Shown here: piece after piece, positions 39,459-50,020 of the stretch
How the letters are laid out: each line of letters begins with the position of its first letter
How positions within the stretch are numbered: position 1 is the stretch's first letter
DNA from: an uncultured Nitrospiraceae bacterium
GTDB taxonomy: Bacteria > Nitrospirota > Thermodesulfovibrionia > Thermodesulfovibrionales > Dissulfurispiraceae
Direction of reading: 5' to 3'
Length of the DNA stretch: 64,000 nt
Assembly: GCA_963705105.1 (NCBI GenBank)
Contig: CAVPIW010000008.1
Span: forward strand, 32,001 to 96,000
Notes under the pieces: generated by a model
Told to the model about the DNA's origin: nothing
The model's input: only the letters and a program-made list of their open reading frames with translations
Database searches by the model: none
Translations under genes and position numbers: made by a program

Positions 39459-40970
39459 ATGACCAGCTGTCTGCATATCAAGGCCATTAAAATGGCACTC
39501 CTTCTTTCTGTGATGTTGATAGCCACCCTGGCTTTTGTTCACAACGGCTTCGCAGCGCCGTCCGTTGCCGGATGTTCAGTTTTCAGTGCGGATAACGTAT
39601 GGAACACGCCTGTTGACACTTTGCCCCTGGACCCGAATTCTCAAGCGTACGTCACGACCATCGGGGAAAACAAAGGGCTTCACGCCGACTTCGGTTCAGG
39701 CCTGTGGGATGGCGGGCCCATCGGCATTCCCTATACGATCGCAACGGGGTTGCAGCCGCTCGTGAACGTCTCGTTCCAATACGCAAGTGAGAGCGACCCG
39801 GGTCCCTACCCCATCCCGCCCGATGCACTCATCGAGGGAGGGCCGCAGTCAGACGGAGACAGGCATGTTCTGGTCATCGACAGCGACAATTGCGTCCTCT
39901 ACGAACTGTTTGCCGCCTATCCTCAAACCGACGGCTCATGGCACGCAGGTTCGGGAGCGATTTTCAACCTGCGTTCCAATGCCCTGCGGCCGTCGACGTG
40001 GACATCTGCTGACGCTGCCGGACTTCCCATTCTCCCCGGGCTGGTGAGGTACGACGAGGTTGCCGCAGGCGAGATAAAACATGCCTTGCGCTTTACCGCT
40101 CCGCAAACCAGAGATGCCTTCATTTGGCCTGCTCGCCACGAGGCCTCAAGTCTGACAGGGCAACAGTATCCGCCAATGGGTCAGCGATTCCGTCTTAAGG
40201 CGAGTTTCGATGTTTCGGACTTCTCTGAGGCTGCCCGGGTCATCCTCAGGGCTTTGAAGAAGTACGGTATGATCCTGGCTGACAACGGGTCTTCATGGTA
40301 CATATCGGGTGCACCCGATCCGGGATGGGACAATGATGTGCTTCACGAACTCGGAAGCGTTACCGGCTCGGCATTTGAAGCCGTTGACGAGTCTTCGTTG
40401 ATGATAAGCCATGATTCCGGGCAGGTTGCCGTCCATCCGGCCGAATTCCAGTTGACCACAACGGTGAATGCATCTCAGGCAGGCGCGGCAGTCCCCGACT
40501 GCTCGGCAGGATGCTGGTATGACAGCGGCGCTCTGGCGTCCCTCGTTGCAGTCCCCGCCGCAGGGCATGTCTTTGACGGATGGAGCGGGGATTGCGCGGG
40601 CAGGAACCCTTCCGTCTCGGTTGCCATGACGGCGCCGAAGGGCTGCACAGCCGATTTCACAGCCTGCGCTGATCTGCCGGTGAGGATCATGGCGGAGGGA
40701 TTCTTGACCGTTCAAGGGGCATACAGAGCTGCAGGGGAGAACGATGTTATCAGGATTCTTGCCGCAGATCTGCAGGAAGAGCTGCTTCTGGACCGCTCAA
40801 TATCCGTAATCCTCAAAGGTGGTCATACCTGCGGCTATGGCTCAAATCCTTCCATGAGTCTGATAAGGGGACCGGTCGTCATTACCCAGGGGACGGTCAC
40901 GGTAGAAAACCTGCTGATCATAAGCGCGGCGGCTGCGCCGTCTCCCCCGGGGACTCCGCCAGTACCATAG
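39459..40970 (+). CDS. Secreted protein of unknown function with an InlB-B-like repeat
   Basis: Signal peptide; WTSADAAGLP..ALKKYG domain; FDGWSGDC repeat. Confidence 0.75.
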   Translation: MTSCLHIKAIKMALLLSVMLIATLAFVHNGFAAPSVAGCSVFSADNVWNTPVDTLPLDPNSQAYVTTIGENKGLHADFGSGLWDGGPIGIPYTIATGLQPLVNVSFQYASESDPGPYPIPPDALIEGGPQSDGDRHVLVIDSDNCVLYELFAAYPQTDGSWHAGSGAIFNLRSNALRPSTWTSADAAGLPILPGLVRYDEVAAGEIKHALRFTAPQTRDAFIWPARHEASSLTGQQYPPMGQRFRLKASFDVSDFSEAARVILRALKKYGMILADNGSSWYISGAPDPGWDNDVLHELGSVTGSAFEAVDESSLMISHDSGQVAVHPAEFQLTTTVNASQAGAAVPDCSAGCWYDSGALASLVAVPAAGHVFDGWSGDCAGRNPSVSVAMTAPKGCTADFTACADLPVRIMAEGFLTVQGAYRAAGENDVIRILAADLQEELLLDRSISVILKGGHTCGYGSNPSMSLIRGPVVITQGTVTVENLLIISAAAAPSPPGTPPVP

Positions 40971-41138
40971 TCCTGATCTCCTTTCGTCGAATTACCGGCC
41001 CCTCCCCGCAGCGGAAAAATCATTGTTCTTCATTTTTTCCGCGTTGTGAACACAAATTTATACGGTTCAACTGCATTTCCGCTTCTGTCCTTGAAGTTCC
41101 TGAACTTCTCCGTGTTTTATACATGAGGTAGACTTGAG

Positions 41139-41441
41139 ATGCCGAAGCTCAATGTCGCGAACATTGAGTCCTCCGATTTTCTCGGGTGCGGCATCGACAG
41201 GGGCATCGAGGTGCTCGATAACTCGGGCATCACCGACACTGCGCTGGCCTTCACAATCGTCGATCCGTTGGAGGCCGGGGATCCGCTTTCGATCTTCTGC
41301 ACGAGGGCCGGAGGTGCCGCGGGCGACATCGTGGGGGTCTGGTCGTGTGACCTCGGTGATGTGGGCTCACTGACTCTGGACATGAAACAGGATCGAACTG
41401 TCACCATTACCGGGGTCCTGCAGAACTGCCAGATCGACTGA
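41139..41441 (+). pseudogene. 5'-truncated paralog of 42602-43190
   Basis: About 90% nucleotide similarity by eye to 42909-43230; lacks the N-terminal half. Confidence 0.7.
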
Positions 41442-41564
41442 TCCGACGATAGAGCGTCCCAACTCTTTCCAGGGCATCACATGCCCCGCAGTTGTCAGCT
41501 TAAACAGACGGGGTCAATAACGGGGACATATCAGGTCTGTTTCTTGAAAGAGTGCTATGGGAAG

Positions 41565-41591
41565 AAGAGGCCCCTCCGTGGGAGGGGCCTT
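41565..41591 (-). terminator. Hairpin downstream of the cold-shock gene
   Basis: AGGCCCCTCC-GTG-GGAGGGGCCT; minus strand continues with TCTTCTT. Confidence 0.6.
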
Positions 41592-41599
41592 GTGGTTGG

Positions 41600-41800
41600 T
41601 TAGAGTTTGACGACGTTGATAGCTTTGGGGCCCTTCGGACCCTTTTCGGTATCGAAGCTGACTTTGTCACCCTCGGCAAGACTCTTGAAGCCATTGCCCT
41701 GGATGGACGTGTGATGAACAAAAACGTCGGTGCTGTCTTCACTCGTGATGAAGCCAAAGCCCTTGCTGTCGTTGAACCACTTCACAGTTCCTTGTGTCAT
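41600..41800 (-). CDS. cspA: Cold-shock protein
   Basis: GTVKWFN..KGFGFI..DVFVH; SD AAGGAGG. Confidence 0.97.
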   Translation of the reverse strand: MTQGTVKWFNDSKGFGFITSEDSTDVFVHHTSIQGNGFKSLAEGDKVSFDTEKGPKGPKAINVVKL

Positions 41801-42087
41801 GTTGGTTACCTCCTTTTTCTGGATTAAAATCTCAGAAGCAGCCAACAAAAAAGGGCCACAATATTAAAAGTCTTTGTGGCCCGTTATGAACGCAAAAACT
41901 TCTAAGACCTTGCATTAATAATATCACATACCATGTCAATTAGACAAGTCGTCATTTAGAGTATGACACCCGCCGGATTTCGGGAGCTGCGGCGCATCCT
42001 GCGCGACCTCATTCAGATCGATGAAAAACAAGATCGCCGAATTTCCCCGACGGCAGGCCGGGTTCACCCCGGATGAACATTAACATT

Positions 42088-42302
42088 ACCTTCCAGTTGC
42101 ATGAAGGGGCGGGGCGAAGCGCCTCAAAGCCTTGATGAAGGCGACGATGAGCATTGTCAGGTTCGTCCTTCAGGATTCCACTCTTTGTGTGATCGATCAG
42201 TGGTTTAAAAGGTCGTCTTTCGTTGCGATTATGGTGTCGCCGCATCAAGGTTTTCCGCGCATACACCCCGCCCCTTCAGTCCGGCGTATGCAACATTAAG
42301 GA
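42088..42302 (+). repeat. Long hairpin repeat, type I
   Basis: Full copy with compensatory arm changes. Confidence 0.9.
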
Positions 42303-42601
42303 TTATATAGGAGATCACAATACTCGTGCTGACATTATTTTTCCTTGACACCGACTTCTTTATCGGTTATATATGAGATAAAGAATTGGGAGATGCTGAA
42401 ACACCGTGTCGCGAAGGGACGATTGGTGGTCGGCATTCACGGCGCTGATAGTGAAAAAAAGGGGGTAGGATACAAAAGATGAAAAATTGGGAGCAGGTCG
42501 AACCTCGTTAGGGAAATGGCCTCGAGGTGGGGGCGGGTCCCACCCGGGAGAGGGTTCTCCTGTGCATTGATTTCGAACTCTGTGCCACGAAGGAGGGCGG
42601 T

Positions 42602-43190
42602 ATGATGAGATCCTTATTGGTCGGTCTGGCAGTCGCAGTTCTTGTCGTGACCATGTGTTTCGGGGCCGCCGATGCCCAGATATCCTTCAGTCAAGGTTAT
42701 GTGAACACCATCGGCAACGACGTCTTCCTGACCATACCCGAGATCAGTAGCGGAACCGTCCAGGGGTGGGTGACCTGGAAATTGAACTTCGGCACCATAT
42801 CATGGGACCTGGAGGATTTTGGCCTCACCGCTGATGTGCCGAAACTGGGATCGCGGACGGCAAACGGAAGGTACCTGTACCATGCTCAGAAGAGTATCGT
42901 AGTGATCGACATTGAGTTCTCCGATTTTCTCGGGTGCGGCATCGACAGGGGGATCGAGGTGCTCGACGTCTCGGGCATTACCGACACTGCACTGAACTTC
43001 ACTATCGTCGAGCCGTTGGAGGCCGGGGATCCGCTTTCGATCTTCTGCACGAGGGCCGGACGGTGCCGCGGGCGACATCGTGGGGGTCTGGTCGTGTGAC
43101 CTCGGCGATGTGGGCTCATTGACTCTGAACATGAAACAGGACAGGACTGTCACCATTACGGGGGTCATGCAGAACTGCCTGCTCGACTGA
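42602..43190 (+). pseudogene. Secreted hypothetical protein with +1 frameshift at ~43061
   Basis: Extra C relative to the 41139 paralog; removing it gives 196 codons ending QNCLLD*. Confidence 0.7.
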
Positions 43191-43300
43191 CCTCACGGCG
43201 GAGCGTCTCAACTCTTTCCGGGGCATCCCAGCCCCGGAAGGCTTTTATATCGACACGTTCTCTTTTTATGTCGACAACGTCTATACATCACTGCGATACA

Positions 43301-43460
43301 GAGTCGGCAAATCCTGACGCCCTTATACTTCTTTATCTCCAGCAAATCATCATCTCCCGTCACCAGATACGCAGCTTTTGCAGGCAGTGCACAGGCGATA
43401 ACGCTGTCGTCATCGGCGTCGCGGCCATGGCGTTCCTTGATTACCGGAACGGCCTGATCG
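43301..43460 (-). pseudogene. PIN-domain toxin C-terminal remnant
   Basis: Minus frame reads RDADDDSVIACALPAKAAYLVTGDDDLLEIKKYKGVRI. Confidence 0.75.
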
Positions 43461-43510
43461 GTTAGGCGCTTGCATTTGCAAGGGAATTAAATATAATGAA
43501 AGGAAAAGTC

Positions 43511-43621
43511 ATGAGAGAAACACCGGTGATCTTGGACCCCGAACCGGGCATTTATTGCCGGTGGAGCTGTGGAAAGCCAGGCAATTTGCCGTTCTGTGAT
43601 GGCGCTCATAAAAACCCCTGA
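43511..43621 (+). pseudogene. Degenerate CDGSH iron-sulfur mini-protein
   Basis: MRETPVILDPEPGIYCRWSCGKPGNLPFCDGAHKNP; first Cys of CxC replaced by Trp. Confidence 0.65.
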
Positions 43622-43734
43622 CAAAGAGGAACGCGAGCGAAGGCGCATCGAAGTAGCCTCAAAAAGTAGTGTGCACCGGATCGCCGGCGTCATTGGGGTA
43701 TCCGGGGCACAATCCTTCTCACAGGAGGTGTGCT

Positions 43735-45708
43735 ATGACTGAGGGAATTACCAGACGGACCTTTCTGGGCGCCGGAGCCGCCGGGATGCTCTCCCTTTGT
43801 GGCTGCAAAACTCTGAACAGACCGACGCAACGGACAGACATGCCGGCTGACATTATCCTTTTTAACGGCAAGATCACCACCCTCGATGGTGCCAAACCTC
43901 AGGTCTCGGCCGTTGCCATGGCCGGAGGACTCATAACCGCCACCGGGGGCGAAGAACTCCTCGCTGCCGCAACCGGCAAGACCAGGAGGATCGACCTCAA
44001 GGGGAGGCGGGTCATCCCCGGCCTGAACGATTCGCATACCCACGTCATCCGCGGCGGTCTCAGTTACAATCTGGAGCTTCGCTGGGACGGGGTTCCCTCT
44101 CTCGCCGACGGTTTGCGCATGCTGAAAGAGCAGGCACAACGAACTCCTCCCGGCCAATGGGTTCGGGTCATCGGCGGCTGGAGCGAATTTCAGTTCGCTG
44201 AGCGGCGCATGCCCACGCTCGAGGAGATCAACGCCGTCTCTCCCGATACGCCGGTCTTCGTCCTGCACCTGTATTGCCGCGGAATGTTGAACAAGGCCGC
44301 TCTGCGGGCCTGCGGCTACACGAAAGACACGCCGGACCCGCCCGCCGGTGAAATCCAGCGCGACGCAAGCGGCAACCCCACCGGGCTTCTCATCGCCCGT
44401 CCCAATGCCGGCATTCTTTACGCCACCGTCGGCAAGCAACCGAAACTGCCGCCCGAACATCAGATGAACTCTTCGCGTCACTTCATGCGCGAGTTGAATC
44501 GCCTCGGCCTCACCAGCCTGGTGGACGCCGGCGGCGGATCGCAAATCTATCCGGATGACTATGCGATCATCGAGGAGCTTCACAAGCGGGGTGAAATGAC
44601 CGTGCGCATGGCCTACAACATTTTCACGCAAAAGCCCAAAGAGGAAAAAGAGGATTTCCTGCGTACCATGAAGCTGACCGCGCCCGGCAAAGGTGACGAT
44701 TTCTACCGCTGCAACGGTGCCGGAGAAATGCTGGTTTACTCGGCAGCGGACTTCGAGGATTTCATGGAACCCCGGCCCGATCTCCCGTCCGACCTGGAGC
44801 GGGATCTGAAAGAGGTCGTTTCGCTGCTAGCCGCCAATAAATGGCCGTTCCGCATTCACGCAACCTATGACGAAAGCATCTCCCGCATGCTGAACGTGTT
44901 CGAAGAGGTGAACCGCGAAATCCCCTTCAAAGACTTACAATGGATCTTCGATCATTGTGAAACCATCTCCGACCGCAGCCTCGAACGTGTCAAAGCTTTG
45001 GGAGGCGGCATTGCCATCCAGGACCGCATGGCCTTCCAGGGGGAGTATTTCCTGGACCGGTACGGGAAGCAGGCAGCGGAGCGGACGCCGCCGGTTCGAA
45101 AAATGCTCGATCTTGGCATTCCCGTGGGGGCGGGCACCGATGCAACCCGCGTGGCCAGCTATAACCCCTGGCTTTCCCTGTATTGGCTGGTTGCCGGGAA
45201 GACACTGGGCGGCGCCTCGTTGTATTCCAGAGCAAACCGCCTCAGCCGGGAGGAAGCATTGAAGCTCTATACCCAGGGCAGCAGTTGGTTCTCCGGTGAA
45301 AGCGGCAGGAAAGGGGCAATCTCCGTCGGCCAATTGGCGGATGTCACCGCGCTCACTGAAGATTACTTTTCGGTGCCGGAAGAGAAGATCAAGGGGATCG
45401 AGTCGGTCCTTACCATTGTCAACGGGAAGATTGTATACGGCGCTCAGGAATTTCATAACCTTGACCCGGCTCCCCTGCCGGTTCTGCCGGAATGGTCGCC
45501 CGTAAAGGTTTATGGCGGGTACGGGGCGCCGCTGGATGTTCGCAAAGCCGCCCGCGCCGGTGTCCCGGTCCCCCTGCACCAGCATTCTGCTGAGTGCCGC
45601 TCGCACGGCTGTCTCCATGCCGCCCGGCAACTCCTGGTCGGCATCAAGGCTGCTGCTCCCCGTTACGGTGATTTCTGGGGCCTGGGTTGCGACTGTTTTG
45701 CGTTCTGA
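43735..45708 (+). CDS. YtcJ-like amidohydrolase with Tat signal
   Basis: TRRTFLG, PGLNDSHTH and GAGTDA. Confidence 0.9.
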   Translation: MTEGITRRTFLGAGAAGMLSLCGCKTLNRPTQRTDMPADIILFNGKITTLDGAKPQVSAVAMAGGLITATGGEELLAAATGKTRRIDLKGRRVIPGLNDSHTHVIRGGLSYNLELRWDGVPSLADGLRMLKEQAQRTPPGQWVRVIGGWSEFQFAERRMPTLEEINAVSPDTPVFVLHLYCRGMLNKAALRACGYTKDTPDPPAGEIQRDASGNPTGLLIARPNAGILYATVGKQPKLPPEHQMNSSRHFMRELNRLGLTSLVDAGGGSQIYPDDYAIIEELHKRGEMTVRMAYNIFTQKPKEEKEDFLRTMKLTAPGKGDDFYRCNGAGEMLVYSAADFEDFMEPRPDLPSDLERDLKEVVSLLAANKWPFRIHATYDESISRMLNVFEEVNREIPFKDLQWIFDHCETISDRSLERVKALGGGIAIQDRMAFQGEYFLDRYGKQAAERTPPVRKMLDLGIPVGAGTDATRVASYNPWLSLYWLVAGKTLGGASLYSRANRLSREEALKLYTQGSSWFSGESGRKGAISVGQLADVTALTEDYFSVPEEKIKGIESVLTIVNGKIVYGAQEFHNLDPAPLPVLPEWSPVKVYGGYGAPLDVRKAARAGVPVPLHQHSAECRSHGCLHAARQLLVGIKAAAPRYGDFWGLGCDCFAF

Positions 45709-45956
45709 ACATTACTTGACAAGAAACTCCAGTGCGGGTTAGATGAAACGAAAGTTTGTCGCATGGTAGGGAAGCGTCAATTAACTCCGGCGCAAGGTCG
45801 ATGCAGCGGCCGGTCTTCTCGGCAGGACATGCATCGTCGAAACAATTGAACCTCGTTTGCTACCGTACGTACCGCTTCAACTTTAGGGAAACGGCAAAGA
45901 AAACCGGCCTGATGGTGAGGCCGGAGTCGCTTCCGTGAGCATTTACTGTATACTAA

Positions 45957-46169
45957 ACCTTGCAGTTGCATAGAAAGGCGTGGCGAAGCGCCTCAAAGCC
46001 TTGCTGAAGGCGACGATACGCCTCGTCAGCTTCGTGTTTCAGGATTCCACTCTTTGTGTCATCGACCATTGGCTTATAGGTCATCTCTCGTTTGATATAG
46101 GTGTCGCCGCAGCAAGGTTTTCGGCGCATACACCCCGCCTTTCCCGGGAGTGTATTGCAACGATAAGGT
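45957..46169 (+). repeat. Long hairpin repeat, type I
   Basis: Full ACCTT...AAGGT copy. Confidence 0.9.
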
Positions 46170-46217
46170 AAAGATGATTGCCTGAAATATGGATGTCTTT
46201 TTTCTCTGCCGAGCATT

Positions 46218-46700
46218 ATGAACCGGAATAAGATATGCTCTGATTGTGGTGTCGAGTACCTCCCGCACGTCGAAAAGTGCGCCGACTGCGGCGCCGTCCT
46301 CATGCTGCACGAGGAGTACGAGAAAGCACAGGGGGAAAAAGAACGGCTCAGGGGGCAGGCCGTCGACAGCGCGGTCGCTGTCAGGGAGGGCGATCTCAGT
46401 TGGATGAGTGAACTGCGCTCCGTGCTTGTCGACTCCGGCATTCCCTGCACCGTCCGCACGGAGTCAGTCTGCAGGAAGGGCTGCCGCGACAAATACTATT
46501 TATTCGTATCCCGCGATGACGTGGAACGGGCGCAGCAGCGCATCGAAGAATACTTCGCGGAATTGCATCCCGAGATCCGCGCTTCTCAGGATCTGCTCGG
46601 CGAGGGCAAATGCCCGGCCTGCGGATCCCCCGTCGGCGATAAAGACCGCGCCTGCCCCGATTGCGGCCTGATGCTCGTCATTGAGGAAGAAGAGGGGTAG
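46218..46700 (+). CDS. Double zinc-ribbon protein (DUF2007-like core)
   Basis: Four CxxC motifs; LVDSGIPC. Confidence 0.75.
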   Translation: MNRNKICSDCGVEYLPHVEKCADCGAVLMLHEEYEKAQGEKERLRGQAVDSAVAVREGDLSWMSELRSVLVDSGIPCTVRTESVCRKGCRDKYYLFVSRDDVERAQQRIEEYFAELHPEIRASQDLLGEGKCPACGSPVGDKDRACPDCGLMLVIEEEEG

Positions 46701-47133
46701 AAGGACAAAGTCGAATAGAACAGGGCAGTTAGGTGACCTGAAAACCCGAATCCAGACAGCTTGCCTTTTTCACCGCCCCGCTGCTTATTCAGCGCTTCTC
46801 CGACCTCCCGATCGCTCAACTCAGCATCGATAAGACGCCGCCGCCCCTTTTCCATGACGAAACGGGCAAACGGCGTATCTGCAATAAACAAGACCTGACC
46901 CCCTTATTACCTTTTATTACTTATTAGCTGCGCGAAATAACTCAGTTCAGCGTGAGCGCTCTCACGAGATGGACTCTCTTGTATCACAATGAAATAACTA
47001 CATAATATCAGGCTCACCCTCACATCCCGGGATTTCCGTGTATGTCTGACGATACAAACGCCATTCCAGGGTACGACGAAACCAAGAGAAATAATGATTG
47101 CATATCAGTCTGTTAGAGAAGCCATGGCATTCA

Positions 47134-47149
47134 TGGTATCGTTCTTGCT
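47134..47149 (+). promoter_or_regulatory. Putative sigma54 -24/-12 promoter
   Basis: TGGTATCGTTCTTGCT (GG-N10-GC) in an AT-richer intergenic region. Confidence 0.55.
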
Positions 47150-47434
47150 TGCTCAATAGTTCACAAAACGCGTCTTTAAAGAAACTGCCGAGCGGTCCAC
47201 AATTCATGTATGCCAAAGGAGGAGGTGACGGGGTTTGTGGCAGTGGAACCTGGAACGGAGGAAGGTTGCATGTCTCACAGACCTTTTGGGAGATCTGACA
47301 GTTTCCCCAAGGGTGCTGGATGAAGTTATCTTTGAAAGGAGGTGAGTTCGTCCGGACCTGTATTGACAGAGGCGTGTCAATACGATGTCGCTGAAAAAGC
47401 GATCGAAAAAGTTGCAGAAAAAAAGGGAGGTAAT

Positions 47435-49711
47435 GTGACAAAGAAAGCAATACTGACACTATTAGCGGTTTTTGCGGTGACTGTTCTCGTCGCCTGGGTA
47501 CCTGTGGCTGAGTCCGTATCGGGCTATTATACGAGCCAGGGCTGCACGGACTGCCACGCGGCCACACCCACCACATGCAAGGGATGCCACGCCCACGGGA
47601 CGCATTCAAGCGTCGCAGGAAACGGCATAAACATCACCGGAACAACGAATACCACTTCATACAACCCCGGCCAAACCGTATCGGTGACGATTGCCGGAGG
47701 AGTGAACTCAGGATGGGTTCGCGCCATACTCTATAATCAGAACATGGTGGAGCTTGCAAGGAGCACCGGTACGGCGACCGGCGGCATGGGCGGCGGCGCA
47801 AGCACGCCCGTTACCTTAACCGCTCCTGCGCCGACTACTCCGGGTACCTACACATGGAATGTGGCCTGGTACGGCAACTCATATGACGGCGGTACTCCTT
47901 CATACGGACCGCGCTGGACTCCTGACCCGAACAATCCGGATCACGGACAGGAAATCGTTGCGACCAATTCCTTTACCGTCGTCGCAGTGGCGCCGGCCCC
48001 AGCGCCCGAAATCAACCCGAATCCGGCATCGCTGAACTTCGGCACGGTGAGCACCGGTGCTTCATCAACGCTGACCGCGCAGATCCAGAACCTGGGCAAC
48101 GCGACCCTGAACGTGACGGCCATCGCCCGCTGCGCGGGAACATCCGCAGAATACACATTCTCTCCGACGACGCCGTTCACCGTGCCCGCTAACGGCACCG
48201 CGACCCTCTCCGTCACGTACACGCCGACGGCTGCAGGGACCGATTCAGGCTGCATCCAGATCACGAACAACGACGCTAATGAGGGGACACTCCAGCTGAA
48301 CGTATCGGGAACGGGCAACGTGCCGCCTCCGGCCGCAGTGCCTGACATCAACACGAACCCGGCGTCTCTCAGTTTCGGGACGGTCACCGTGGGGAGTCCG
48401 GCCACGCTTACGACACAGGTACAGAACCTCGGTAACGCAGGCCTCAACATCACGAGCATCGTCAGGTGTTCGGGCACGAGCACGGAGTTCACCGTCTCTC
48501 CTGCCGGACCTCTCACAGTAGCCGCAGCTGCAAATGCACCGGTGACGGTGACGTACACGCCGACCGGGGCAGGAACGGACAGCGGCTGCATCCAGATCAA
48601 CAGCAATGATCCCGCCACGCCTGCGGTGCAGGTGACGGTTTCAGGGACAGGCAATGTGCCGGCGCCGCCGCCTGCGGCAGCGATCAACCTGAACCCGACG
48701 TCGCTCAACTTCAATACGGTGACGGTCGGCAACAACGCGACGCTCACCGCAGCTATTCAGAACACGGGCAATGGCGCATTGAACATCACGGGCATAGCCC
48801 TCTGTTCAAACACCAGCACAGAGTACGCAGTGACTCCTGCGGCCCCGATCACCGTCGCAGCAGGGGCTAATGCTACGCTGTCGGTCCGCTATACGCCGAC
48901 CGCGGCAGGCACCGATGCGGGATGCATCCAGATCACGAGCAATGCGACGGCTGCACCGGTCAGCCTGGCCTTGAGCGGCGCCGGCGTGAACCCGACTCCG
49001 CCGCCTCCCGCAGGATCTCCCGACATCAGCCTCGCACCGAACACGGTCGATTTCGGCTCGGTGACAGTCGGCGGCTCTGCGACGCAGACGGTACAGGTCC
49101 GGAACATCGGGACTGCCGACCTCGTAGTGAGTCGTATTTCCCTTTGCACCGGTACGACCTCTGAGTTGAGCTGGACAACACAGTCTCTCACTATCCTTGC
49201 CGGCAGCAGTGCGCCTTTCTCCGTGACGTACCGGCCTGCAGCCGCGGGAGCGGACACGGGTTGTATAGTGTTCGAGAGCAACGACGCGGGCAACCCGACG
49301 GTGAGTCTCCAGGTGAGTGGCTCAGGCGTCGCCCCGGCCCCGCCCCCTGCCGGCTCGGTTGACCTCGACATCAGGAGATTTACGGCGACATCCTCCGTTG
49401 ATCTCGCACAGGTGGGACCGGTTGAGATCAGGCTCTCGGTGGTCAATGCAGGAAGGGTCGCCGGACAGGCGCAAGCAACGGTGGTCGGTATGCAGAACGG
49501 GACGAGGGTCTACGAGCGGACCGTCACAGTATCTGACCCTGTCACAGAGGGAAGCACTTCCTTCAGGTTCCCGTCCTATGTGCCCACTGCTACCGGGAGG
49601 ATCACATGGACCGCTACCATCGCCGATGGGAACTCAGACACCGACCGGATGAGCGTGACGACCCTCGTCGTCGACAACGCCGGTGATGAGCATGACGAGG
49701 AGGATGATTAG
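47435..49711 (+). CDS. Secreted diheme cytochrome c with four Ig-like (ASH/choice-of-anchor D) repeats
   Basis: Signal peptide; CTDCH and CKGCH; four SLNFG.V..N.G.A.L repeats with Pro linkers. Confidence 0.85.
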   Translation: MTKKAILTLLAVFAVTVLVAWVPVAESVSGYYTSQGCTDCHAATPTTCKGCHAHGTHSSVAGNGINITGTTNTTSYNPGQTVSVTIAGGVNSGWVRAILYNQNMVELARSTGTATGGMGGGASTPVTLTAPAPTTPGTYTWNVAWYGNSYDGGTPSYGPRWTPDPNNPDHGQEIVATNSFTVVAVAPAPAPEINPNPASLNFGTVSTGASSTLTAQIQNLGNATLNVTAIARCAGTSAEYTFSPTTPFTVPANGTATLSVTYTPTAAGTDSGCIQITNNDANEGTLQLNVSGTGNVPPPAAVPDINTNPASLSFGTVTVGSPATLTTQVQNLGNAGLNITSIVRCSGTSTEFTVSPAGPLTVAAAANAPVTVTYTPTGAGTDSGCIQINSNDPATPAVQVTVSGTGNVPAPPPAAAINLNPTSLNFNTVTVGNNATLTAAIQNTGNGALNITGIALCSNTSTEYAVTPAAPITVAAGANATLSVRYTPTAAGTDAGCIQITSNATAAPVSLALSGAGVNPTPPPPAGSPDISLAPNTVDFGSVTVGGSATQTVQVRNIGTADLVVSRISLCTGTTSELSWTTQSLTILAGSSAPFSVTYRPAAAGADTGCIVFESNDAGNPTVSLQVSGSGVAPAPPPAGSVDLDIRRFTATSSVDLAQVGPVEIRLSVVNAGRVAGQAQATVVGMQNGTRVYERTVTVSDPVTEGSTSFRFPSYVPTATGRITWTATIADGNSDTDRMSVTTLVVDNAGDEHDEEDD

Positions 49712-49855
49712 TCGGAACGGGACTGAGCGGTTATCGCTCCGTCGGTCTTGCCCCTCGTTGCACAGTTTCGGGCGGGGGGCTTCGGCCCCCCGCCGCTCAC
49801 CGTGTCATGAGTAGCTGAGGCGGACATTTCAGAAAACAATTATGTTAAGCAGTCC

Positions 49856-49884
49856 GAAGGGGCCGGCAATTCGCCGGCCCCTTC
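49856..49884. terminator. Strong hairpin downstream of the cytochrome gene (a second lies at ~49771-49794)
   Basis: GAAGGGGCCGGC-AATTC-GCCGGCCCCTTC. Confidence 0.55.
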
Positions 49885-49920
49885 ATTATATACATATCGC
49901 ACATAGCGCTGCGACATCTG

Positions 49921-49949
49921 TTGACACTTTTCGGGGACGCAGTTACAAT
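49921..49949 (+). promoter_or_regulatory. Sigma70 promoter for the ygiD operon
   Basis: TTGACA-17 nt-TACAAT. Confidence 0.75.
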
Positions 49950-50020
49950 TGTTCGTGCCGGTGGAGCGGTTTTTCAAGCATGACGAAATTATAACAATGT
50001 GCCTGAAAGTCGATTAATAA

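Noticed and set aside
41139..43230. Duplication as a DGR template/variable repeat pair
   Set aside because: Mismatches are not adenine-restricted and there is no reverse transcriptase.
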